Assembly: GCF_006345805.1 (NCBI RefSeq)
Contig: NC_043020.1
Span: 8,494,001-8,558,000, forward strand
Direction of reading: 5' to 3'
Source: Octopus sinensis
Lineage: Eukaryota
Length of the DNA stretch: 64,000 bases
A program made the translations under genes and the position numbers. Under the pieces are notes generated by a model that was not told the origin of the DNA, made no database searches, and saw nothing but the letters and a program-made list of their open reading frames with translations. This document shows positions 26,786 through 37,140 of the stretch, one piece after another; position 1 is the stretch's first letter; each line of letters opens with the position of its first letter.

Positions 26786-26787
<2 letters not shown>
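24275..26787 (+). repeat. Tandem duplication of a ~1.2-1.3-kb unit (24275-25533 and 25596-26787)
   Basis: Near-identical sequence offset by 1321 bp. Breakpoints lie in (TA)n tracts. The copies differ mainly in microsatellite length. Confidence 0.95.
24608..24798. mobile_element. Mariner-derived MITE (191 bp), duplicated at 25929-26119
   Basis: TA TSD and TIR ttgggttggtgcataatta(t/c)tgcggc. Confidence 0.9.
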
Positions 26788-26831
<44 letters not shown>

Positions 26832-26861
26832 TCTATATGTGTCTGTTTGCATGTATGTATA
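26756..26861. repeat. Perfect 106-bp palindrome centred on (TA)21
   Basis: Arm atacatacatgcaaacagacacatatagacc (26757-26787) is exactly inverted at 26830-26860. Confidence 0.95.
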
Positions 26862-26875
26862 TATATATATATATA

Positions 26876-27589
26876 GGAGTGGCTGTGTGGTAAGTAGCTT
26901 ACTAAACAATCACATGGTTCCGGGTTCAGTCCCACTGCGTGGCATCTTGGGCAAGTGTCTTCTGCTATAGCCCCCGGGTCGACCAATGCCTTGTGAGTGG
27001 ATTTGGTTGACGGAAACTGAAAGAAGCCTATATAGGTGCAGGAGTGGCTGTGTGGTAAGTAGCTTGCTAGCCAACGACATGGTTCCGGGTTCAGTCCCAC
27101 TGCGTGGCATCTTGGGCAAGTGTCTTCTGCTATAGCCCCCGGGCCGACCAATGCTTTGTGAGTGGATTTGGTAGACGGAAACTGAAAGAAGCCTATATAG
27201 GTGCAGGAGTGGCTGTGTGGTAAGTAGCTTGCTAACCAACCACATGGTTCCGGGTTCAGTCCCACTGCGTGGCATCTTGGGCAAGTTTCTTCTGCTATAG
27301 CCCCGGGCCGACCAATGCCTTGTGAGTGGATTTGGTAGACGGAAACTGAAAGAAGCCTGTCGTATATATGTATATATATGTGTGTGTGTCTGTGTTTGTC
27401 CCCCTACCATTGCTTGACAACCGATGCTGGTGTGTTTACGTCCCCGTAACTTAGCGGTTCGGCAAAAAGAGACCGATAGAATAAGTACTGGGCTTACAAA
27501 GAATAAATCACGGGTCGATTTGCTCAACTAAAGGCGGTGCTCCAGCATGGCCGCAGTCAAATGACTGAAACAAGTAAGAGAGTAAGAGT
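26876..27589 (+). mobile_element. SINE family A with triplicated 165-bp head
   Basis: ggagtggctgtgtgg at 26876, 27041 and 27206. Only the third copy continues into body and tail. Confidence 0.92.
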
Positions 27590-27736
27590 TCATTATTGTT
27601 ATTAAATTACATTTCATTTTCAGTTTGAAAATAAAGAAGTGGGAATTGTAATGGACGATCTGTGATTTTGGAAAAAAATTTAAACCTTCAAAGGCTTCTC
27701 CTATGGTTAAAAACAAATTGGACAAAATCGGTATTT

Positions 27737-28158
27737 AAGGCGGCGAGCTGACAGAAACGTTAGCACGCCGGGCGAAATGCTTAGCGGTATTTCGTCTGCG
27801 TTACGTTGTGAGTTCAAATTCCGCTGAGGTCGACTTTGCCTTTTATCCTTTCGGGGTCGATAAATTAAGTACCAGTTACGCACTGGGGTCGATGTCATCG
27901 ACTTAATACTTATGTCTGTCCTTGTTTGTCCCCTCTGTGTTTAGCTCCTTGTGGGTAATAAAGAAATAGGTATTTCGTCTGCGTTACGTTGTGAGTTCAA
28001 ATTCCGCCGAGGTCGACTTTGCCTTTCATCCTTTCGGGGTCGATAAATTAAGTACCAGTTACGCACTGGGGTCGATGTAATCGACTTAATACTTATGTCT
28101 GTCCTTGTTTGTCTCCTCTGTGTTTTAGCCCCTTGTGGGTAATAAAGAAATAGGTATT
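27737..28158 (+). mobile_element. SINE family B plus tandem partial copy
   Basis: Head aaggcggcgagctgacagaa, B-box-like gagttcaaattcc, conserved ttgccttt(c/t)atcctttcggggtcgataaattaagtaccag domain, period 183 bp. Confidence 0.9.
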
Positions 28159-28462
28159 GATTAGGGGATGGGATAGTTTGAAATAAAAAGCGTCTTCCAT
28201 TGTTTTAAACTGGGTAGTGCAAAAAACAAATGGACAAATTCGGTCTGGTGGGAGGGGGATAATAAATTTTCATTTTTTAAATTTATTTTATATTTTATAA
28301 AAAGCTTCCTCCTATCATTTACAAAGGTGAGGGAAATCTGAAAAATCTCCCTCAACGAAGAAAATGCCACTTAGGTGAGAGTGTGCTATTTTGAAAATCT
28401 CTGAAGGCGTTCTGTTGCGAAAATTATCCGACAATGACCGGACACTCAGTTAGTCTATGTAT

Positions 28463-28504
<42 letters not shown>

Positions 28505-28679
28505 TATATATATATATATATATTTAAGTAGTTGAATGAATTATCCTAGTATGGATAATTCGGTTAACCGATACCTGGGTAGCAAATTCACGTCAGAAAA
28601 CACAGTTGAAGCTACATGCCAAGGGCAGAGACCACGTGCTTTCGTGTGGAAATTTGTGTGTGTTTTTTTTTAACTATAA

Positions 28680-29425
28680 ATAAATGAAAGAATGGAGTCG
28701 AACGACGATTGCCCACACGGAGTCCATAGTGATAATGACTCATTATCACTATGGACTCCGTGTGGGCAGTCATCTAAAAGTTTTTTGTTCGTCATGATGC
28801 TGACGATTGCCACACGGAGTCCATAGTGATAATGACTCATTATCACTATGGACTCCGTGTGGGCAGTCATCTAAAAGTTTTTATTCGTCATGATGCTGAC
28901 GATTGCCCACACGGAGTCCATAGTGATAATGACTCATTATCACTATGGACTCCGTGTGGGCAGTCATCTAAAAGTTTTTATTCGTCATGATGCTGACGAT
29001 TGCCCACACGGAGTCCATAGTGATAATGACTCATTATCACTATGGACTCCGTGTGGGCAGTCATCTAAAAGTTTTTGTTCGTCATGATGCTGACGATTGC
29101 CCACACGGAGTCCATAGTGATAATGACTCATTATCACTATGGACTCCGTGTGGGCAGTCATCTAAAAGTTTTTATTCGTCATGATGCTGACGATTGCCCA
29201 CACGGAGTCCATAGTGATAATAACTCATTATCACTATGGACTCCGTGTGGGCAGTCATCTAAAAGTTTTTGTTCGTCATGATGCTGACATAAGTTCCTTG
29301 TCTTTCCTGATGAGAAGGCGGCATAATGCACCCCTTATTCCTTCGGAATTAGGAATATGCAGTCTTCGAAACATATGTCGAGAATAAAGGAATTTTGTTA
29401 AATCGTCGTTCGACTCCATTCTTTC

Positions 29426-29431
<6 letters not shown>
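28680..29431 (+). mobile_element. TIR-bounded element: six 97-bp hairpin repeats plus a hammerhead ribozyme
   Basis: Perfect 31-bp inverted termini at 28680-28710/29401-29431. Units start at 28704, 28802, 28898, 28995, 29092 and 29189. Confidence 0.85.
29291..29395 (+). ncRNA. Type-I hammerhead ribozyme with intact catalytic core
   Basis: CTGATGA at 29307-29313. Stem II is gaaggc-g-gcata/tatgc-a-gtcttc. GAAAC at 29368-29372. Stem III is the palindrome ACATATGT. GTC at 29377-29379. Stem I is tttc/gaga plus aagttcctt/aaggaattt. Confidence 0.85.
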
Positions 29432-29469
<38 letters not shown>

Positions 29470-30097
29470 GTCGAAAGACACCTGTTGTTATTTTCTTGTT
29501 TTTTGGTGGGGGAGGAGGGTTCTTTTGGTCTTTGTTGTCGTACGCATTCGCTTGCTTTCTCCACCTCCCCCCAAATTATTGCTCTCAGCTTAGATTTTGG
29601 GGGCCAGCCAGATTTGAACAGTCTCAAATGTAACCGGCCGAAACTATAAGGATGATCTGGAAGCTTGACTGATGAGAAAACGCAGCGAATGACTCGTCCT
29701 TCGTTCTTCCTGTCGGTTTCTTTTGTTTTTCCTGTCCATCTTTTGTATTGTCCGGATGTTATATTATCGACTGTTGCGTTCTCGTTCCATTTTGGGATAT
29801 ATATATATATATTTAAAATTCCGGGAAAACCCACAGTTTTAAGCAAGGCGCTCGGTACAATGACTGTATTCATTTAAAACAATAACTTTTGACAAAACCC
29901 GTCATATAAGAGTCATTGTTATAAGTGAGTGAAAAATATGCGTGCCACTTTATGTGATTGAGTGACATGCCTTTAAATTGTGTGGCCTCTCTAACCGAAT
30001 CATTCAGTAGGCCTGGGATGTTTCGGTGGTACGAGGTAAGCATGAGCTCTATACATGCACGTTTGGCTTCAGACAGACAGACAGATAGACACACACA

Positions 30098-30128
<31 letters not shown>

Positions 30129-30151
30129 CACAGATGTATATATATATATAT

Positions 30152-30272
30152 ATTTATTTTATAGACGGAGCTTCTACAGGACTAGAACTGTTTCATTCAA
30201 ATGAAATCATCAGATGATTTCATTTAAATGAAACAGTTCTAGTCCTGTAGAAGCTCCTTCTATAAAATAAAT
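30152..30272. repeat. 121-bp fold-back (60-bp arms, 2 mismatches) containing a hammerhead-like core
   Basis: Symmetric about 30212. The minus strand reads CTGATGA-tttcatttgaat-GAAAC-agttcta-GTC. Confidence 0.85.
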
Positions 30273-30362
30273 TAATTTACTCTGCCATGTATTGAGTACC
30301 TTATTTACTGTGGTTAACCCCGACTCAACCCGGGACCTACATATATATATATTATATATATA

Positions 30363-30405
<43 letters not shown>

Positions 30406-30508
30406 TCTTGACTATTTTTTTTTGCACGTTAGACCACTGGAAATGTAAATTTTGATTGAATGTTTTAATTTTAATTAAATTCCATTTCCCTTTGACATGA
30501 TTAAATAC

Positions 30509-30542
<34 letters not shown>

Positions 30543-30859
30543 TATAGAGAGAGTGATATAGATAGATAGATAGATATACACATTATCGCAGCGTTGTTGT
30601 TGGTGATGGCGGCGGCGGCAGAGGGGTGTTGGTTCCGATTCGATCAATGTGACGCCTAGCAAGGCAACGCTTTTTTTTTCTTTTCTTTTTCTTTAAGTCT
30701 GATACTTATTCTATCGGGATCGTTTACCGAACCGCTAAGTTACAGGGACGTACACACACGCGCGCGCGCGCACACGTTCGGATCCGCGGATTTAATTGGT
30801 CTTTACTTAACGCTTTTCACTTGGCGTGAACAAATAGGCTCTATAATTTGTATTGAGTA

Positions 30860-30904
<45 letters not shown>

Positions 30905-31581
30905 ACACACAATGTGTGTGTATCCTTGTAGATATAATATATGCATTGACTTCGTCAGTTATTTTGGAAGCAAGTTCGTTGGGTTTTAACATTTATTTAA
31001 TTAGAAGAAAAGAAGAAGAAAAAAAACGAAACTTTAAATCTTAAACAAGTATCTCATTCACATTTAACATGTGATAAATTGAAACGATAAAGCTACTGCT
31101 TCTCTCTCTCTATCTCTCTCTCACACACACACACACAGATACACTGATACATACACGCTCACGTACACACTCATAAACTCTCTCTCTCTCTCTCTCTCTT
31201 GATAGAATTTACAGTTGTGTGTTTCAAGAGAAGTAATTGAGCAGATGTTCTCTCTCTTGACACTAACTTCATTGTGTGTATGTGTATGTGTGTGTACATA
31301 TATATATATATATAATATATATATATACACGTTCATACACACACGCACACTGTATGTCTGTGTATGTGTGTATAGACACGCACACACACATACATACAAT
31401 GGCGAGTGAAAAAGTAAGGCAAATAAAAAAATTGCATTACTTTCCGACTCCCATACGTGTGTGTATATACACACATACATGTGTGTGTATACACACACAC
31501 ACACACATATATATGTACTGGTGTGTGTTTATGTGTACGTGTGTGAATAGTTTTGAAAACTTGCTATCTGTAATTTCAAAG

Positions 31582-31614
<33 letters not shown>

Positions 31615-32319
31615 CACACACACACAAATCCGTGTTTGTTTTTCTTATGTTTTTGTATGTATGCAAGTGTGTGTGTCTGCTATTTTTGGAAATCTTCACA
31701 CACACACACACACACACACACACAATGCGTACATACATATATGCGTATATACATACATGTTAAGAGAGAAAGAGAGAGAGTGGGGGGGGGCGTGATAAGG
31801 GGCGCAACCAACTTGAAGACTTCTCTTTTTATGTAATGTATACAGGGGGAAAGTTTGGCGAGGTTCCACCCACCTTCCCAACCAATTCCCTACCAAATCG
31901 GAAGTGTCTTGAAGGAACTAACAAGTTAGTATTTGTGAGGCCACACGATTGTACTTCATGCCAATCCGAAGACTCAGTTTTCAACAACGCGAAAATACCT
32001 AATAAAGATGGCATTGTTGTGTTAACTACAACGCCCGTTGTCACTGCCACCACCGCCTCCGCCTCCGCCGCCGCCTCTTCGGTAGTTGTTGTTGTTGTTT
32101 AGCCATGGGGCAATTCTAATCCAGTAGACCTATGATCAAAAGATGGTCTAACCGGGACCAACAACCGCATGGCATTCGATGTTCGTCACTGACTTTGCCA
32201 TTCAGTCTTCTAGGGGTCTCTATTTAAATACCAGTAATATACTGGGGGTTCCCCATTCAATCTACTTTTCCTGAGAAAAAAAACCTTCTCTACCAAGCAC
32301 CTTCACACACGTTCTTCTC

Positions 32320-33117
32320 TCTCTCTTGCCCTCTCTCACCCTCTCTCACTATCTCTCCTATCTTTCTCACTCTCGTCTCTTCCTCCTCTTCTCTCTCCCT
32401 CCTCATTGTCTTTCTCTCCTCTCTCCCTATTTCTTTCCCATCTTGTTCCTCCTCCTCTCACTCTCCTCTCTGTCTTCCACTCTCTCTCTCTCTTGCCCTC
32501 TCTCACTATCTCTCCTATCTTTCTCACTTTCCTCACTCTCCTCTCTCATCCTTGTCTTCCTCTCTCTTTTCTCTCCTCTCTCCCTATTTCTTTTCCATCT
32601 TGTTCCTCCTCTCACTCTCCTCTCTGTCTTCCACTCTCTCTCTCTCGCCCTCTCTCACTACCTCTCCTATCTTTCTTACTCTCCTCTCTTCCTCCTCTTC
32701 TCTCTCCTCCTTGTCTTCCTCTCTCTTTTCTCTCCTCTCTCCCTATTTCTTTCCCATCTTGTTCCTCCTCTCACTCTCCTCTCTGTCTTCCACTCTATCT
32801 CTCTCTTGCCCTCTCTCACTACCTCTCCTATCTTTCTCACTCTCCTCTCTTCCTCCTCTTCTCTCTCCTCCTTGTCTTCCTCTCTCTTTTCTCTCCTCTC
32901 TCCCTATTTCTTTCCCATCTTGTTCCTCCTCTCACTCTCCTCTCTGTCTTCCACTCTATCTCTCTCTTGCCCTCTCTCACTACCTCTCCTATCTTTCTCA
33001 CTCTCCTCTCTTCCTCCTCTTCTCTCTCCCTCCTCCTTGTTTTCCTCTCTCTTTTCTCTCCTCTCTCCCTATTTCTTTCCCATCTTGTTCCTCCTCCTCT
33101 CACTCTCCTCTTTGTCT

Positions 33118-33158
<41 letters not shown>
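32320..33158. repeat. Pyrimidine-rich minisatellite, ~5 units of ~160 bp
   Basis: ccctatttctt recurs at about 32425, 32582, 32741, 32902 and 33067. Confidence 0.9.
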
Positions 33159-33160
<2 letters not shown>

Positions 33161-33323
33161 GTGAAAAACTAAACTGTTCCAGTTTTCATATTTGTTTATA
33201 TTTTTCTCTTATTTTTTGTTTGTTGTGTTTTGTTTTTTTATTTCGCTTTGAGTAATTTTTATTGCATCATTTTTGTTTTCTAAATTAATTAAATTTTCTT
33301 TCTTTCTTTCTTTCTTTCTAGAA

Positions 33324-33444
33324 ATGGTTCAGTCTCCTACATCTCCCACACTCTCTGATTCCAGCCGATATTCAGACATTATGGGTGCCGAGTATCATCT
33401 CACAAAGCGACTTTGCACACAAGCAGCTCACACAAAATCCAAAG
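33324..33444 (+). CDS. Predicted upstream coding exon of the ELK-like gene (exon 33322-33444)
   Basis: Strong polypyrimidine acceptor (ctag|AA) and donor aag|gtaagc. Encodes MVQSPTSPTLSDSSRYSDIMGAEYHLTKRLCTQAAHTKSK. Phase 1 joins g|gt ATG in frame with the ETS exon. Confidence 0.55.
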
Positions 33445-33499
33445 GTAAGCCACCATTTATATTAGAAACCCCCCTCTCTCCCCCCCTCTCTCTCTCTCT

Positions 33500-33537
<38 letters not shown>

Positions 33538-33672
33538 TATAACATAAGAGGGATCCGCCATCTGAATGTGGCTAGGGTCAGGGCGGGGTGGTGGGGGTGT
33601 TACTGATGCATTTAGCCCCAGGCGAACATCGACGTCACCAGAAGCGCCCAGAGATTTATTATTGTATATATA

Positions 33673-34064
33673 TACTCTTTACTCTTTTACTTGTTTCAGT
33701 CATTTGACTGCGGCCATGCTGGAGCACCGCCTTTAGTCCGAGCAAATCGACCCCGGGACTTATTCTTTGTAAGCCCAGTACTTATTCTATCGGTCTCTCT
33801 TTTGCCGAACCGCTAAGTGACGGGGACGTAAACACACCAGCCAGCATCGGTTGTCAAGCAATGCTAGGGGGACAAACACACACACACAACACATACATAT
33901 ATACGACAGGCTTCTTTCAGTTTCCGTCTACCAAATCCACTCACAAGGCATTGGTCGGCCCGGGGCTATAGCAGAAGACACTTGCCCAAGATGCCACGCA
34001 GTGAGACTGAACCCGGAACCATGTGGTTGGTTAGCAAGCTACTTACCACACAGCCACTCCTGCG

Positions 34065-34067
<3 letters not shown>
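33673..34067 (-). mobile_element. SINE family A
   Basis: Full-length reverse-complement match. Confidence 0.92.
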
Positions 34068-34101
<34 letters not shown>

Positions 34102-34102
<1 letters not shown>

Positions 34103-35770
34103 TGCATTTGTCATCTTGCAGGCTTATTCATACTAAATACATTAACCCAACACATGACATTGGCCTATACCATGACGATGGTTTTATTATTTCCCACGAG
34201 CATGATGGGCACACACTATGTAGATTTAGAAAAAAACTTATCTCTACCGTTAACCAATTAGAATTTAAAATCTCAGTAGCTACTAACCTCTCTACAGTAG
34301 ACTATTTAGACGTGTCCCTAGATCTAAACACTTCCTCATATAAACTTTTTTATAAACAGAACGAGAAGCTTACATATGTAAACAGGCAGTCTTGTCACCC
34401 TCCCGCCATATTCATAAACCTAGTAGCCAACATTAGTAGAAGAGTGTCTTACCTCTCTTCTAAAGAAATTTTCGAGAGGGCAGCCCGCTACTATAATAAG
34501 GCCCTAGCCAATTGCAGGTTTAAAGATGAGTTAACATATAATCCCTCTAACACTTATCATGATATTAAGGATAGATATGGCTAAGGAAAATAATTTGATT
34601 TGCCCTTCCCTTTTCACTCAATGTAAAAACGAACATTGGTAGGATATTTTTGACTCTCCTTGACAAACATTTTCCTGTAAATCACAAATATAGAAAATTT
34701 TTCAACAGGCGATCAGGGAAATTGCCGTATAGCTGCTGCCCCACCACAGTTTCATTACACGTGGCCAACATAAAGAGCCTGAAGCTAGATGCAACTGTTG
34801 CGATCCAGGAGCCTGTCCACTCGAGAAATAGTGCATGACCAAGGCAGTTGTATATGAGACGAAAGTCACTACAACCCTAAATAATAATAATAGTAATAAT
34901 AATACACCGGGGAAAATACCTATATTAGATTATGTGAAGGGGAGTTTAAAAAACGCTATGTCAACCACATAGCCTCGTTACTACGTAAGGACAAGAGCAA
35001 GGTCACAAAGTTAGCCAGCCGCGTGAGGGCTTTGAAAAAGAATAAAACGCCATGTACGATTAAATGGAAAATAATCGAAAAACCCACATATGTGAATGGA
35101 CCAAAGAAATGTAGTCTTTGCTTGGCCGAAAGAACCCAGATTCTGTTCAGATCAAAAGTCCCCAACTTAGTATTGAACTCGAGATCTGAAATTTTCAGTA
35201 GTTGCGGACACATGCAAAAATATATTTTGAAGAACTGGACAATCCCATCCATCCCAGATTGATTTGACATTGCCCCGACCTTATTATTTAAAAGACTAAG
35301 GATGTTAGATCGCACACTACTATCGTCCCCCATCCTTTATTTTAGTATTTCTTTAGGTTTATTTTTTATACTTTATAAATTTTTACATTCCCGACATTTC
35401 TTATATCTATACCGTTACATTTCTACTTCATATTTTATACATTTGTACTCTCCTTACACAATTTACATTCAATTTCGTACATTATTTACATTTACATCAG
35501 GTCTGTTGGTTTCGTTTTCCGGTTAGAAGTTAGGATTTTCTATACGCTACCATTTTCTCACGTTTTTCGCGTATTCTCACGTCCCATGCCATATTTAAAG
35601 TTCTTAGTTCAGTACGAAGAGTGATCTGCGCCTGGAGAACGTGTCTGGATTTCCAGACACGTGAAACTATTAGTAACGCCCCGAAAATATGTATTGTGGT
35701 CCTAAAACAGGAATATTTGACTCTCGCCAGATGGAGTGTTCTCTTTGTTGAATTATAAAACGAACCAATA
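34102..35770 (+). mobile_element. Decayed Penelope-like retroelement (RT + GIY-YIG, Naiad-like) with HHR-bearing 3' region
   Basis: RT motifs GLYHDDG, VDYLDVSL and SCHPP. Cys linker RCNC..CPL..C. VVY...YIRLCEGEFKKRYVNH, CSLC and LNSRSEIFSSCGH follow. Frameshifts and stops are present. Confidence 0.85.
35627..35680 (+). ncRNA. Degenerate hammerhead ribozyme of the Penelope-like element
   Basis: CTGGAGA (A6>G), perfect 10-bp stem II acgtgtctgg/ccagacacgt, GAAAC, stem III ACTATTAGT, GTA site. Confidence 0.65.
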
Positions 35771-35828
35771 CACACACACACGTATGTGTGTGTGTATGAA
35801 TCTGTGCATGTTTTTATTTATATGTGGC

Positions 35829-35863
<35 letters not shown>

Positions 35864-35864
35864 G

Positions 35865-37134
35865 TTGGGTTGGCAAGAAAATAATTTCGTTTTTCGCAAA
35901 TAATTACGATTTTTTAAATGACTTTTATCAATGTTGTGATTTTTTTTCCTTTTGACATTTGATAGCCGTTACTTTTAGCTTACTTTAGAAGCAAATTGCG
36001 CATAATTTTGTTAATAGCTGTTAGTTCAGTGTCAATTTTAACATGCAGTACAAAAACGACGACTTTCGCCATATTTTGCTTTTTTACTTCCGGGGTCACA
36101 AAGAGATATGTGAAGTCTATGGTGTTGATTGCTTAACAACGCATATGTCAGAAATGGCTTTAAAAATTCCGTTCTGAGGATTTTTCACTCAAAGATGACC
36201 AACGTTCTGAGGATTTTTCACTCAAAGATGACCAACGTTCTGGTCGACCTACCGAAGTTGATAACCGAATTACAACTATAATTCAATCTGATTGCGAGAG
36301 ATTGCAGAGAGGTTAAATGTATCACACACAACAATTGAAAATCACTTAAAATGTCTTGGACTCTTAAAGAAGCTCTATATTTTGGTTCCACATCAATTGA
36401 AAGAGATTCACTTTACACCACGAATCAATATTTGCGATATGCATCTCAAACGCAATGAAATCGACCCCTTTTTTTTTTTTATCGAATCATCACTGGTGAT
36501 GAAAAATGGAGTGTCTACAATAACATCAATCAAAAACGATCATGGTCCAAGTGTAAAAACATCGAAGCTGAATTGCATAAAAAAAAAAGGTCATGCTGTC
36601 AATTTGGTGGGATTACAAAGGTGTTGTGTATTTTGAGCTGCTTCCAAGGAACCAAACGATCAATTCACATGTTTACTGTCAACAACTAATGAAACTGGAG
36701 GAAGCAATCAAAGAAAAACGACCAGAATTGACAAATCCTAAAGGAATAGCGTTCCACCATGACAACGCTAGACCACATACGTTTTTGCTAACTTGTGAAA
36801 AATTATTGGAGCTTGGTTGGGAAGTGATGTCACGTCCACCATATAGCCCATACCTTGCACCATCAGATTACCATCTATTTCGAAGTTTGCAAAATTCCTT
36901 GAATGGTAAAACTTTCAATAATGATGAAAACCTGAAATTAAACGTCCTTCAGTTTTTGGCTGATAAGGACCAGAAGCTCTACGAGCACTAAACCAGGAAG
37001 TTGCCAGAAAGATGGCAAAAGCTCGCCGAACAAAATGGAAAATATATATAATTGATAAAGTTCATTCTTTGTATGGAAAAAAAATGACTTTTATTTCATA
37101 CTAAAAAACCGAAATTACTTTCTTGCCAACCTAA
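35865..37134 (+). mobile_element. Full-length (1270 bp) decayed mariner, DD34D, mellifera-like
   Basis: TIR tt(g/a)ggttggcaagaaa(a/g)taatttcg with TA on the right. N-terminus MQYKNDDFRHILLFYFR from 36043. HDNARPH to YSPYLAPSD spacing is exactly 34 residues. Frameshifts and a 33-bp in-frame duplication at 36171-36236. Confidence 0.95.
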
Positions 37135-37140
37135 TACATA

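Noticed and set aside
28704-29288. CRISPR array
   Set aside because: The repeats are palindromic, but the intervening sequences are essentially identical rather than unique spacers. There are no cas genes and the context is eukaryotic.
34780-35230. Selenoprotein-type Penelope (UGA at Cys positions)
   Set aside because: The visible Cys positions use TGC/TGT. The in-frame stop in the linker is TAG, which fits decay.
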